From Sphyrna mokarran (lineage: Eukaryota), in NCBI GenBank assembly GCA_024679065.1, contig JAGIQG010000028.1:19716001-19780000 (forward strand): a DNA stretch of 64,000 nucleotides. The letters are read 5' to 3'. Made by a program: the position numbers and the translations under genes. Below the pieces are notes generated by a model. It saw nothing but the letters and a program-made list of their open reading frames with translations, was not told where the DNA came from and ran no database searches. Positions 49,601 through 62,040 of the stretch are shown here, piece by piece. The first letter of the stretch is position 1. Each line of letters starts with the position of its first letter.

Positions 49601-51099
49601 GCTGGTGGCGTATTTTTCCCAATGCTTAAGTTTGGAATGATCCAATCGCCTATTAGTAAACCAACAGCAAATCTGAGGTAAGATAAGATGAGGTTGGTTT
49701 ATATTATACACGTGCGCACACACACGCACGTAAGCAAAATGCAAGAAGAAGTTTTGCAACATCAGTTCCTTTTGCACTTGGACATTAAAAGTGGGATAAG
49801 GGAAAGAGAAAGGATACAGGGCAAGACCACGATAAATGTCCCTTGAGTTCACAATCACAAGTCCAATGGTGTTTCCCTTTAGAGGTTAGCAGGCTGAAAC
49901 TTGCAGGGTGATCAGTCTTCCCAGAGTGGGTACTTCCATGATGGAAGAAGGCATGCAGAGATGAATTTAATTTTGCAACCATTGATACAGGAATTCTGAT
50001 GTTTCCAGTACAGTGTGTAGATGAGGGCCAGGCAATTTACCTGGACAAAACTGATATTAGTTCCATACAGCAATATCACGTCGAACAACTTGGAGATGGT
50101 CATGTGACATACCTCCCATCAGTTCATCTGAGCTTTGGACAAAGGATGTATTTTTTTAGGTCTGGAATCTCAGGATATTTAATATAGGAGTCGGCATCCC
50201 TTTTGTCCTTGTTGGCATACCATCTCTACGGCCAGAGTTCCTCTTTTGAAATGTAAAAGGTATTGGTGCATTTCTTTGGAATTTGATTTGCTGCTTTCAT
50301 AAAGGGCATTAGTGCCTCTTTAAAGGTAAAGAGGTCTCTGCTGATTTCTGAAAGCAAGAAGTTTTGCAGTTTTAGTCAGGCAGGTCAGTTTGTCATTTTA
50401 AATATAAGATTTTATAAAGTAGTCAGTTTGACACATTTTTTCCTTCCCGTCTTTTGGACAGGGCATCTCCATCAGCCATCTGTATATTCCTTTTGGCTTG
50501 AACATAAATGATTTGTTGAGATATGCTTTCAAAGGTTAAACTATTGATTTTAGAACCGCTGGGTTTACTGCAATTTTGGTGTTAACTCTCAGACAAATCT
50601 TGATCTCCTGTTTATATGGAATCCAAAATGTGATCACATGGCACCTTTTCCACATTATCAACTTATAATTTCACTCTGTCATCAACCATCCAATCATTGT
50701 CATGGGCGTGCTTTAAAGTTCCTGTAGGAACTTGATTTTTGGTGTGGTTTTGCTTTTTAAAGTTACCATAGGTACTAATTTTGTTCTGTTGGCCATACAG
50801 TTTAATACTACTGTGAATTTCATCATCAAATACCCTGTGGTTTTCACTAGAACTGTTTTCAAACATTCCCATTGCATAGTTCAGTAGCTGGACACATCAA
50901 AATTCATTGGCATTTCTCCGTGTTATGCATGTGGCATAATGGGTACTTGTGTCATTATTGCTGATCAGATGAGAAACTGGAATCTGATCATTTTAGCATT
51001 ACGATGTTGCACTGTCTCTAAGTGATCTTGGTCTGATAGTACCAGAGCATCATGACTCTTGCAAGCTACTCCCAGTATAACCCTCTAATTTCATCTTTG

Positions 51100-51300
51100 A
51101 CTCCACTTCTGCACTTTTAAAACTGAACTCTAACTCTTCTAAACTGTCCTGCAAAATTATGTATAGATATATATCTCTCTCTTTATATTCTTTTCTCCCC
51201 TACATACCTTATGAACAGTATGTTTTGCCTGTATAGCATGCAAGAAACAATATCTTTCACTACATCCCAATACACAAGGTGATAATAACTCAAATCAAAT
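51100..51300 (+). mobile_element. LINE/SINE 3' tail (Rex1/Babar-like)
   Basis: gtatagcatgcaagaaacaatatctttcactac...ataataactcaaatcaaat. Confidence 0.55.
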
Positions 51301-51494
51301 TTTGATTCCATAAAGCAGCTACACAATTAGCTTTTGCGCTGAAATCTCTGCCAGGTCAAGGTTTACTTTGACTTGCTTAAGAGGGTATATCCATGTTGCA
51401 TTTCTAGTGACGATGAAACCTTTCTGACAATTTTCGAGGACCAATTTCATTACATGCTTCTCATAATCAGGCCAGTATCTGGTCTCTTTTCTTA

Positions 51495-51862
51495 TAAGAA
51501 ACAGGAGCAGAATTAGGCCATTCGGTCTATGAGATCTGCTCTGCCATTCAATCATGACTGATATTTTTCTCATCCCTATTCTCCTGCCTTAACCCCTGAT
51601 CTCATTATTCAAGAACCTATCTATCTCTGCCTTAAAGATACTCAGTGACCTAGCCTCCATAGCCTTCTGCAGCAAAGAATTCCACAGATTCACCACTCAC
51701 GGGCTGAAGAAATTCCTCTTCATCCCTATTTTAAAGGATCGTCCCTTTAGCCTGAGGTTGTGCCTTCTGGTTCTAATTTTTACTAATAGAAACATCCTCT
51801 CATGTCCACTCTATCCAAGGCCTCGCAATATCCTGTAAGTTTCAATAAGATCCCTCCTCATG
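51495..51862 (-). mobile_element. CR1 3' fragment
   Basis: taagaaacaggagcagaattaggccattcgg...gaattccacagattcaccact. Confidence 0.88.
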
Positions 51863-52877
51863 GCGCATTTGGTCATGCAAATCTTCAAGGCAGGTTCCTC
51901 CTCCTGTCCTTGCAGTTTTTTTTAAACACCAGATTTTCTTACTGCCGCACAATCACTTGATGAGTTATCAAATGTTGTAACTTTTAGCTTCATACTACTT
52001 GTGTTTTGTTGGAAGACTCATTATTATTTGTTGCTTGCAACGTGGGATCTGATCTGAGTGGGTGTACCTTGAAACCCCACTCACCTTTGCAACCCATTCT
52101 GTATTGCTTGCTGGATCCTTTGCATCCAGTGAGTAAAACTTGCATTTTAGGGACCAAAAGTTAAGGCTGATCACCAGTATACATTTATCATGTTGTAGCT
52201 GAGAGTATGCATAAAATGGATTTTTTTTAGGGTTTGGGGAAAATGGGATCATCTTTTATCCCACAGTTTATGGTTATTGTTGCATTGCCCAGCACCATTT
52301 ATGACTGGATGTGACAGGATTAGAGTTTTTACCTGATCCGTGTTTGTAAAATTGCTTGACTCTGTTACATGCTGTTATCCTCTCTGGCAAATCTAAAGTC
52401 ATCTACTTTAGACCCACAGCAGATAGATTAGAGTATTTTGTAAATGGCAAGAAAGATTTAGAATCCAAGTACAGAAATTACTAAATATTAGTGGGCAGAT
52501 AGGAAAAAAAAACTCAGCAAGTTTAAATGGTATGTTGGACTTTGCCTTGTGGGTGCTACAATACAATGAGGTGAAAGGTGTGCTTAGCTGTGCAGCCCTT
52601 GGTGAAGCCCAAAGGCTTCACAGATGTTGCAGGAACTCTTCATGTGTGGATCATGTGTGGAGTCAGCAGCAACAGGAAAGCGGGGAATTGTGTGGAGAGT
52701 CAGATCAGTAGCTGGTTAGTGGGAATGGGGGGGGCATTGCAATGGAGGTACTGAGGAGGTTGAGAACAGGGGACATGAAGTAGATGTGATGTCAGGTATG
52801 CCATGGGAACCCACTACCTCATGGTGGTGATTTGATTCATTGCCCATACCTATTTTTTTTTGATTTGTTGTGATTAG

Positions 52878-53022
52878 GAGCTCTGGCAAATCACAGCAAG
52901 AGCTGTTGCTGGACCTGATGTGGTCAATTTGGCCGGAGCTTCCAGCTTATGGACGGAAGGCTGCACAATTTGTTGATCTGCTGGGATATTTCTCGCTCAA
53001 GACTCCACAGACTGAAAAAAAG
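52878..53022 (+). CDS. UBR4: UBR4 exon w33
   Basis: gattag| (R)SSGKSQQELLLDLMWSIWPELPAYGRKAAQFVDLLGYFSLKTPQTEKK |gtaaga. Confidence 0.96.
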
Positions 53023-53149
53023 GTAAGAAAAGTTCAATAAACTGTGGCTGACTGACGTTTGTTATATGATAACTGTTGTAGAGATTTTGGTTGCTTTGCA
53101 AGTTCCGATTGGTGCTGAATACAACTTGTCACCTTTATTCTTGTCCTAG

Positions 53150-53235
53150 TTGAAAGAATATTCACACAAAGCAGTCGAGATTCTTCGTACTCAGAACCAT
53201 ATTCTCACCAACCACCCCAACTCCAATATTTATAA
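53150..53235 (+). CDS. UBR4: UBR4 exon w34
   Basis: tcctag| LKEYSHKAVEILRTQNHILTNHPNSNIY+AA |gtgagt. Confidence 0.96.
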
Positions 53236-53386
53236 GTGAGTAATATTTATTTAAACGTCTGTCCTTTGATATAAGTGAGCGTATCATATGTCCATCTGGA
53301 ACTGTTGAAGAGATGCTGCAGTGTACTTTTATGCTGCTTACATAATTCATAATGTTCCTATTTTTTCTGCTTTCATTTTGTTCCAG

Positions 53387-53474
53387 CATGCTGTCTGGTC
53401 TAGTTGAGTTTGATGGCTATTACCTAGAAAGTGATCCATGTCTTGTCTGTAATAACCCCGAGGTACCATTCACT
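53387..53474 (+). CDS. UBR4: UBR4 exon w35
   Basis: ttccag| (N)MLSGLVEFDGYYLESDPCLVCNNPEVPFT |gtaagt. Confidence 0.96.
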
Positions 53475-53948
53475 GTAAGTATAGAAGTACACCTGCCTCA
53501 GTATGTGCCTGACATTGCAATAAGCTCTACCATTAAGTTTTATCCTTTCCTCTGGAAAGTTGTTCCTTGAGGGTGTAAAGACTTGTGGCCCTCTCTGTCA
53601 TTGTTAGCAGTTTTTACCACAAGTAATATTGTTTCGTCATCTGCTCAGTTACTTCTCAGGTGGTTTTGAAAGAAACCAATTGTATAGCTTTCTGTTGATA
53701 TGGTCACTAACAGTTAAATCAGCATGTCAACAATACCATTTCACAGAAACCTTCCACTTCCTGATGATTGAGTGACGTTCCTTTTGGGTAAAGCGGCTTC
53801 CCAGAATAATGTTTTCATTAGAGAGATCAATAATTGAAACTGGCCAATGGAATAAATCTCACACTGAACTGTTAGTTGCCTTGGTACTTTTGTTTTCTCG
53901 TGTACTTTATCCATGTAAATTAAGACTACCAAAATTTTATTTCTTCAG

Positions 53949-54142
53949 AATATTAAACTTTCATCAATCAAGGTAGACACACGCTACACGACCACGCAGC
54001 AAGTGGTGAAACTGATTGGCAGTCACACCATCAGCAAAGTGACTGTGAAGATTGGAGATCTAAAACGCACTAAGATGGTTCGTACCATCAACTTGTACTA
54101 CAACAACAGAACCGTGCAAGCTATTGTAGAACTAAAAAATAA
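53949..54142 (+). CDS. UBR4: UBR4 exon w36 (second DOC-like domain)
   Basis: cttcag| [64 protein letters not shown]+AA |gtgagt. Confidence 0.96.
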
Positions 54143-54329
54143 GTGAGTATCTGGCAATGACATTAAAGTCCTTGTAAACAATGAGGGATGAATATTTAGT
54201 CTTATCCTCTCCATAAGCAGTCTGTGCAGTTTGCGCATTGATTCTGACTGAATTATTGTGTGCTCGGGCTTTTTTAATAAATATCATCTTGCCACTCTTT
54301 ATACTTTGAGGTGAAAGTTTTTTTTACAT

Positions 54330-54760
54330 GACTGTCAGCTTTGATTTGGTGGTAGCGCTCTCACCTCTGAGTTCAGAGGTTGCAGACCCCATTCCACAGA
54401 TTGAGCACATTATCTGGGCTGACGCTCTAGTACAGTACTGAGAGAATGTGGGCTATTAGAAATGCTTTCTTCCGATGAGACGTGAAACCATCTGCTCTGT
54501 CATGTGGACGTACAGGATCCCATAACACTATTCAGAAAAGATCATAGGAGCTTTCCTATTGTCCTGGCCAATGTTTATCCCTTAGTCCACATCACTAAGT
54601 CAAATGCCTGGCCATTTATTTCATTGTTGTTTGGGGGTTTTGTCATGCATACATTGGATACAGCATTTCCCCAGCAGTGACTACACTTCATAATTGGCTG
54701 TGAAGTGCTTTGAAACATTGAGTCGCAAAAGGCCGTCATAATTACAAATTCTTTCTTGAA
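54330..54760 (+). mobile_element. Deu-domain SINE (SacSINE1/AmnSINE-like)
   Basis: tRNA-like head tggtagcgctctcacctctgagt; Deu-like core gtcctggccaatgtttatcccttag; tail tgtgaagtgctttgaaac. Confidence 0.7.
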
Positions 54761-54927
54761 TGGGAAACACAGCCAGAAGACAGTATTTGCCTTTTCTGCT
54801 TGATCATTTTAGGTGATTTTAATAGCAACAGGATAATCAGATACTTTAAATTTTACAGTTTATAACGTGACCTGAAGTCAAAAGTTGTGATTTTTGTCTC
54901 ACCAACTAACTGACCGTCTCTCCTTAG

Positions 54928-55167
54928 GCCTGCTCGTTGGCACAAAGCTAAAAAAGTCCAATTAACACCAGGTCAGACTGAAGTGAAGATCGACCTCCCG
55001 CTCCCCATTGTAGCATCAAACCTCATGATTGAGTTTGCAGACTTTTATGAGAATTACCAGGCATCAACAGAAACCTTGCAATGTCCACGCTGCAGTGCGT
55101 CTGTCCCTGCCAATCCAGGTGTTTGCGGTAACTGTGGGGAGAACGTGTATCAGTGTCACAAATGCAG
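54928..55167 (+). CDS. UBR4: UBR4 exon w37 (Cys-rich Zn-binding region)
   Basis: ccttag| (K)[41 protein letters not shown]...[28 protein letters not shown]+AG |gtgagt. Confidence 0.97.
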
Positions 55168-55375
55168 GTGAGTAGGGATTGTGGACAGTTGATGCTATGA
55201 TAAAATGACACGAAACAGTAACAGAACAAAACTACGCTTTATTGTAGAGTTTAGAGATTTCTCTCAGAGAGTGCTCTGTATATATGACATTTGAATGGTA
55301 TTAATGTATTTTACTGGCTATCAATCACTGTTCTGTGATTTGTAACAAATCTCCCTTCGTGGTCCTTCTAAATTG

Positions 55376-55683
55376 GGGCAACACGATGGCACAGTGGTTA
55401 ATACTGCTGTCTCACAGTGCCAGGAACCTGGGTTTAATTCCCAGCTTGGGTCACTGTCTGTGAGGGGTCGACATTTTCTCTGACTGAGTGGGTGTTTCCT
55501 CCCCCAGTCCGAAAGATGTGTTGGTTAGGTGATTGGCTATGCTAAATGTGCCTTAGTGTCAGGGGGATTAGCAGGATAAATACATGGGGTTACATGATTA
55601 GGGTGTGGGTGGGATTATTACCAATGCACGCTTCATGGGCGGAACACATTCCTTGCCCACTGTAGGGGTTCTAGGATTCTATG
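55376..55683 (+). mobile_element. HE1/V-SINE-type SINE
   Basis: gatggcacagtggttaatactgctgtctcacagtgccaggaacctgggtttaattccc...cagtccgaaagatgtg...ctgtaggggttctaggattctatga. Confidence 0.85.
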
Positions 55684-56049
55684 AAATTACATAACTCCCA
55701 ATCCAGTAGTTAAGTTTCTTCAATATTGTTGGAGCATATTCCTCCAGGCAAGTGTATCACACTGGGTTAACAGCGAATTGCTAACCTCAGATCTCCCAAC
55801 CTCTGATCTGCTTTTTAGTCACAGTGATTATGTAGCTAACTCAGTTCAGATTTTGGTCTGTAGTAACCCTAAGGGACACTGTCTTTATTTGTGTTGAGAT
55901 GACTTGATTTGACTCCGAAGTTTGTTGAAAAACTGAATTCTGGCTCAAGAATGATCTTGCTTTCATTTGTCGTCAAGTCTTTTGACTTGCAAGGCAAACA
56001 TCTTGAGCAAATTCTGTTCGTTGAGAGTAATTCGGCTTTGTCTTTCCAG

Positions 56050-56188
56050 GTCTATTAACTATGATGAAAAAGATCCATTTCTGTGTAATGCCTGTGGATT
56101 CTGCAAATACGCCCGGTTCGATTTCATGTTGCATGCCAAGCCATGTTGTGCAGTGGATCCAATTGAAAATGAAGAGGACAGAAAGAAG
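56050..56188 (+). CDS. UBR4: UBR4 exon w38
   Basis: ttccag| (R)[46 protein letters not shown] |gtgaaa. Confidence 0.97.
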
Positions 56189-56391
56189 GTGAAATTGCCT
56201 GGGGAAATATTCTCATTCAGTTTCTGACTTTTCCAGTAACTAATGTCCTTTCGCTTTGATGTACGAAATTTTGGGAACATCTGGTTAAGAACTCAGTGGA
56301 CTCCAGCCCTCTTGATACATTTCTTCTTTCTGTTGTTTAAATTGCTATGTTGTCATTTTTCTAACATTTGTGTTTTGGTTTTTTCCTGCAG

Positions 56392-56517
56392 GCAGTCACA
56401 AACATAAACACTTTGTTGGATAAAGCTGATCGTGTTTATCATCAGCTAATGGGACACAGGCCACAGCTTGAAACTTTGTTGGTGAAAGTCAGTGAAGCAG
56501 CTCCTGAGAAACCACAG
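56392..56517 (+). CDS. UBR4: UBR4 exon w39
   Basis: ctgcag| AVTNINTLLDKADRVYHQLMGHRPQLETLLVKVSEAAPEKPQ |gtaaaa. Confidence 0.96.
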
Positions 56518-56959
56518 GTAAAAGGGTGTGTTGCTCTGGTTGGGTAACCCGCCCATTTATATCCCTTCAGTCATGAATAGAATCTCAGCCACACGTCACA
56601 GAAATGTTAAGAGAAGCAGACACAACAAAGTGGCAACTAAAAACTGTACTGAATAGCTGCGATTAAAGATTACTTTTAAAGGAAGAGAAGAATAGATGGA
56701 CAAAGAAATCCAGGGAGGGAGCAACGGAGTTTCAATGTTAGAAATATTTCCCTAGAATAAGAATGTGAAACAAGCTGTGCCTGGAATGTCTAGCAATTAT
56801 TGTGTCTATTCTGTGATTAAATGGTGAAAATTTATTTACCCCATTCAATTCGTTACATTTGACAGCTACAATTTTGAGTTAATTTACGTTCACTGTTTGA
56901 CATATGCCTGGGATTCTGATTCTTCAGAATTATATTTTCAAGTCTGTTGTGTTCAGTTT

Positions 56960-57540
56960 TTGATTCCATTTCACAGCATGGCCCAGTATAGAAGGAGGCT
57001 ATTTAGCCCATTGTCACAATGCCAACTCTTCAAAAGTTTTCTGTCTAATTAATCTGAATTCACTGCTCTTTCCCCATACTCTGCAAATGATTTGTATATA
57101 TCCAGTTCCCTTTGTATGGTCCATTTGAATCTTCCAGTCAGTGTATTCCAGATCTCGCCAATTCATTGTGTAACAGAAAATTCTGCTTATTTGTATTTGG
57201 AGCTTTTTGCCTATCTGTGTGCTCTGGTTATCAACATCCTATCAGGAGAAACAGTTTCTCCCCATCTACTTTTAACAAATTCCAGTGCTGTATGGAACAC
57301 TTGAACTTTCTTTGCTTTAAGAACATGCCCAGACTCTCCATGTGTAACTTAAATCCCTCAATCCTGGTACCACTCGAGTAAATCTCCACTGCACATTGCC
57401 CTTGATATCTTCCTAAAGTGTGCTCAGAATTGGCCACAATACTCCACTGGGACTAAACTAATGACTTTTAATGGTTCAATATAACTCCTTTGTACTTTAT
57501 ATTCTGTTTATAAATCCATGCATCCTATCTTTCTTTTTAG
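56960..57540 (-). mobile_element. Old CR1 fragment
   Basis: cagaattggccacaatactcca (reverse of LEYCGQF); tail cagtatagaaggaggctatttagccca. Confidence 0.7.
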
Positions 57541-57612
57541 TAGCTGTGGGAACGGGTTGCATTTTGAAGAACAAAAAATTATCCTTAGTCATTGTTCTCT
57601 CCTATTTCTCAG

Positions 57613-57741
57613 GATGATACCAGTGGTGTTGCTGGAATCAGTTCAACAGCAGCAAGTGTGAATCGCTACATCCAACAGCTGGCTCAGGAATATTGTGGAG
57701 ATTGTAAGACATCCTTCGATGAGTTGTCCAAAATCATTCAG
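57613..57741 (+). CDS. UBR4: UBR4 exon w40
   Basis: tctcag| DDTSGVAGISSTAASVNRYIQQLAQEYCGDCKTSFDELSKIIQ |gtagaa. Confidence 0.96.
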
Positions 57742-57963
57742 GTAGAAAAATCTGAAGAAATATAAAGTTTGTCCAATGTATGTAAAACTTAACAAGCATA
57801 ACATAACTGGAAGCTGTGGACAGGATGAATGTAGTTAAGATAATTTTTTTTGTTATTGTGTTGGTTGAATGTCTGGGTGTAAAAGCGTGCATTTTTTTGA
57901 ACTTTTAATTAAATAAGAGATTAATTGGGTTGTGTGACTCTGAACATTTTATTTATTTTGCAG

Positions 57964-58307
57964 AAAGTCTTGGCTTCACGGAAGGAACTGCTAGAATATG
58001 ATCTTCATCAACGAGAAGCTGCAACAAAGTCATCACGGTCGTCAGCTCAGCCCACATTCACAGCCAGTCAGTATCGAGCTCTGTCTGTCCTAGGCTGTGG
58101 GCATACCTCTTCAACAAAGTGTTATGGCTGTGCATCAGCTGTTACTGAGCACTGTATAACATTGCTTCGTGCCCTTGCCACCAACAGCACTATCCGACAA
58201 ATCCTTGTTTCTCAGGGCCTTATCCGAGAGCTGTTCGATTATAACCTGCGGCGTGGTACTGCCTCAATGAGAGAGGAAGTTAGACAACTGATGTGCTTGC
58301 TGACTAG
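57964..58307 (+). CDS. UBR4: UBR4 exon w41
   Basis: ttgcag| KVLASRKELLEYDLHQREAATK...CYGCASAVTEHCITLLRALA...REEVRQLMCLLT+AG |gtatgt. Confidence 0.97.
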
Positions 58308-60139
58308 GTATGTAGTGGGGAGGGTCAACTTCTTGACTAATATTAAAGGGCAGTATTTCTGCAATCAATATATGAAATCAATAGTTTGTGTTTTCTGTGT
58401 CTGAGTTGTATCTGTTAGAATATTTAACAATCTTTTCTGGAACTATAATTTCAGAAGGCAGACAGAGTGTGGTGCTGCATCCAGACCAAATCTGCATCTA
58501 AAATAGGCTGACTTTCCTTTTTCTCCTTGCCCATTCTGTCTCTCTTTCTCTGTTACTCTCCCTATCAGATGCATTTGATTATGCTGCAGATTGAACCCAG
58601 CTCTTAGTAGCCTACAGTACAGGGTTGATATCAAATCAGAAGACTGGAGTGATTGAAGAGTCATTGTGAGGGTTAAGACTTGCAGTAGCAACATTCTTTA
58701 TGTTATTGGTTCTTCTCATTAGTCGTTGTACGCAGAATATCTAATTCCAAAAAATGTTCGGAGAATGCTGCAAACACCATCTAGAAATAGGAATGTCTAA
58801 ATCTGCACCCTGTTGCTGCCATGTATGTAAAGTACTGTGTATCAATGTACGGAGACAGCAGAATTAGCTAATGCAAGGCTGGAGACAGACAGGAGGCAAC
58901 TGCATCCATTGCTGTGCTTTGCATCTTGTCGTCTCTATGTAAGGCATCAAAACGTAGCCATCAGCTTCATTTTAATGAGGTGAATCTTGAGGATGAACAT
59001 CAGAGTTTTCTTTAAAAATGATCTGAAAGATAATCATGGCCAGCCTCCAAAGTAATGCAAACCCTGGAATTTAAAGATGTATTACTTAAAACAAAGAGCT
59101 TAACTCGGTGCTGCCCTGTCCCTCTTGCATTTCCATCAGTGATATTTTATATGCTGTCTACCTCGAGCCTGAAGGGGATGAAGAATCTGCTGCTGTAAGT
59201 TTAATGAATTTTGCTCAGCCTTGCTCCTCCCCCATTCGGGGCATATCCCCAGAGAAAGCATAGGTATATTCAACAACAGCCTTCAGTAGTCTAAGATCTC
59301 AGCCAGAAGAAGTTGACTTTTAAATCCAAATTTTTCATTTTTGAAGTTAGTTGAGTTCAAAGGCTCAGGAACAGCTCCAGATTGTGAGCCTGTGAAATCA
59401 TTGGAATGTTCTTTTTAAAACATTTTATCATTTCAGTTTGATTAGTTACTGTACTCGAGCAGTGTATCAGAGAGAAATCCTGTCATTATTGAACTTGTAT
59501 GGAAATTGTATTCTCACTGGAGAACGTTGCTTTGTAGCTTGCCTGATCTAAATCTAAGTACAACAGAAGGTGGACAAAGCAGAATCAACTAGGATTTGTT
59601 GTCAGACTAACATTTCACATGGTAGCATTTTCTACATTTGTTAACATTTAAATGAAAGCTTTAAAAGAACAAATTTTAACATAGTAAAGGATGTAGAATG
59701 CTTCACGGCAGCATTACCAAATAAAATTTGACTATTAATGCAGGTGACTAAAAGCTTGGTCAAAGGGGTAGGTTTTTAAGAAGTATCTTAAAGGAGGAGA
59801 GGCAGAGAAGCCTGTAGATCAGGCAACTACAAAAATGCTTACCAATTGTAAGACAAGTGGGAATTGGGATTATGTACGCAATCAAATTTGGAGCAGAGCG
59901 GAAATATCTGAAGGCTGGAGAAGGTTTCAGGGATTGGGAAGTTGGGGATGAGGCCAAGGAAGGATTTGAATACACAGGTGAAACTTCTGAATTCCAGGCT
60001 TTGTTGGACCTGGAGCCATGCTAGAGCAGATAGTACAGGGGTGATAGTTAAGAGGAACTTGGTGTGAGTAATAATATGGGAATAGGAAATTAAGGTTGCA
60101 ATCAGTTTAACTCAGCTCCAGACAGTGGCCAGAGAGGAG

Positions 60140-60670
60140 GAGGATGTTGCACCTTATATGTGCTCAGCATATTCCAAAGCTCTTCACAAACAATAAAGTA
60201 CATTTGAAGTGTAGTTGCAATTGTTATGCTAAACAAACACTGCAGCTAATTTGGACAGAGCAAATTCCAACCAGTGACCAACTGAAATTAAAACATAAAT
60301 GCTGGAAATACTCAGGTCAGATAGAGTATGTGGAGAAATAAACAGAATTAATGTTTTCTGTTGATGACACTTGAGCTGACCTTGTCAGAAGTAACCAATT
60401 TATCTGATTTTGTTATGTTGAGTGCTTGTTGCATGGAGGCAAGATCACCAAAATCATTTGTTGCTGCTCCTTAAACAGTGCTGGTGTTTTATGTCTATCT
60501 ACCTTGTTAGGCTAATAGCCTTATTTATCTTAGTGTAAAACAGTGACATGGCATTACTCCTTCACTGCTGGACTGATACACCAGCCAAGATTATGGACTA
60601 AAGTCCTGGTTTGGGATTTGAACCCCACAATCTTTCAATTCTATGGCAAGAGTGCTATCAGCTGAGCCAA
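60140..60670 (-). mobile_element. Deu-domain SINE remnant with nested Penelope-type fragment (60285-60390)
   Basis: gggatttgaaccccacaatc...caagagtgctatcagctgagcc is a reversed tRNA head; ccaaagctcttcaca is the reversed tail. Confidence 0.55.
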
Positions 60671-60768
60671 GCTGATGTTTAGTGCATTTGCTGGAGGCTG
60701 TTAACTTGCTTAGTTATTGGATTGTTACTCCATTTATATAACCATCATACTTTGCTCTTTACTTACAG

Positions 60769-60859
60769 AGACAACCCAGAGGCAACACAACAAATGAACG
60801 ACCTAATTATTGCCAAGGTTTCAACTGCACTGAAAGGACATTGGGCCAATCCTGACCTG
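60769..60859 (+). CDS. UBR4: UBR4 exon w42 (last in window; gene continues)
   Basis: ttacag| (R)DNPEATQQMNDLIIAKVSTALKGHWANPDL |gtgagt. Confidence 0.96.
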
Positions 60860-61863
60860 GTGAGTATAAGGGTTTGGGCCTGCAGTTGAAGATGAAGAAA
60901 TAGTGCTTGCCATTGTTCTCAAAAAGCTGCCTGCAAAGTTTTATCGTGCTTTAAAACACAATGTCATTTTAACCTGTGTTCCCTACATAAGATCTATGAC
61001 ATCCAGCATTGATCTGCTAGCCGGGTTGAAGAATTCAAAGAATAGGAAAGCAGGGACTATAAATCACATTTAAATCATTGTAGAGAAATAAAGACTGAGG
61101 CATACATATTGCTTTAAAGGAGAAATGTAAATATTAGAGTCTAAACTTTATCATTTTTTAAACATTTCCAATTTTTAAATATACATAGCAAAAGATTTAA
61201 TTCATTTTTCAAGGCTGGAGAGCAGAAACAATAATTGTAGCCTAGTCCCTAGTTCCCTCTTAATTTGCTGTGTGTGAACTGTTTATTTCAATGCATGGTA
61301 CGTTTATATATTACAAAATATATATATTATATATTAAAATACTGCATACATGCAGTATTTTACAGGCAATAACATTGAGCAGAGTGTGTGATACCTTTCT
61401 GGCTGTGCATGCGGCCATGCAACAAAGCTTAAGCTTAAAAACTCAACTTGCTCCTGGCTTAAGTTTTCATTGGGCTTACAATGAAAATAGTGTTTAAATT
61501 TATTGAAGATTACAACACATAAGTAGTTGATAATTAATTCCATCTGTAAAGAGTAGCAATGCAGCCAGTGGGGGAGAAGGGCATCACTGATAGCAACTTT
61601 CAGATGTCTGCATTTAACTGTGCTTATGTCAGATGATGCTGTCAGTATTGGGAGTTGCAAATTCCAAGCCAGTGAGTTTCCACTTTTGGCTTAATCACCG
61701 ATTTCTATGCTTTGAGAAGTTCTTCTGTGATTTGCTGAAAATAATTTGCATATCACAATGTAAAATCTGCAACATGAAACTAGGCAATTAGGGAGTGTTT
61801 TAAAACATAATTTAACTTTTTTTTTCAAAATATTACTTGACATTTTGAAGAGTGGAATTTGAT

Positions 61864-62040
61864 GCCGGACACAGTGGCACGCGCCTGTTATCCGGCTACT
61901 CAGAGGCTGAAGCTACCGGATCGCTTGCAGTCAGGGGTTCTGGGCTACCAGTGGACTGTGCCCATCAGGCAGACTCATTAAGTTCAGCATCTGTATGGTG
62001 CTATGGGGGAACCTTGGATCACCAGGTGGAATAAAGAGGG
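61864..62040 (+). pseudogene. 3'-truncated 7SL (SRP) RNA retrocopy
   Basis: GCCGGACACAGTGGCACGCGCCTGT...GGATCGCTTG...GGGTTCTGGGCT...TAAGTTCAGCATC.GTATGGTG...CACCAGGT...AAGAGGG is collinear with roughly the first 180 nt of vertebrate 7SL. Confidence 0.88.

Larger units (their letters stand above)
48430..52300 (-). mobile_element. Putative decayed DNA transposon (Sola-like DDD motifs) with C-terminal homeodomain, split by younger insertions
   Basis: Collinear minus-strand motifs DYEKHVMKL (about 51460), ISNNDTSTHY (about 50950), GKG(P)CDHI (about 50640), then homeodomain QICCWFTNRR (about 49660); boundaries approximate. Confidence 0.45.

Noticed and set aside
61864-62040. Primate Alu contamination or a functional 7SL gene
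   Set aside because: It contains S-domain sequence absent from Alu and has no A-tail or dimer structure. It is truncated and mutated, so it is not a functional SRP RNA.
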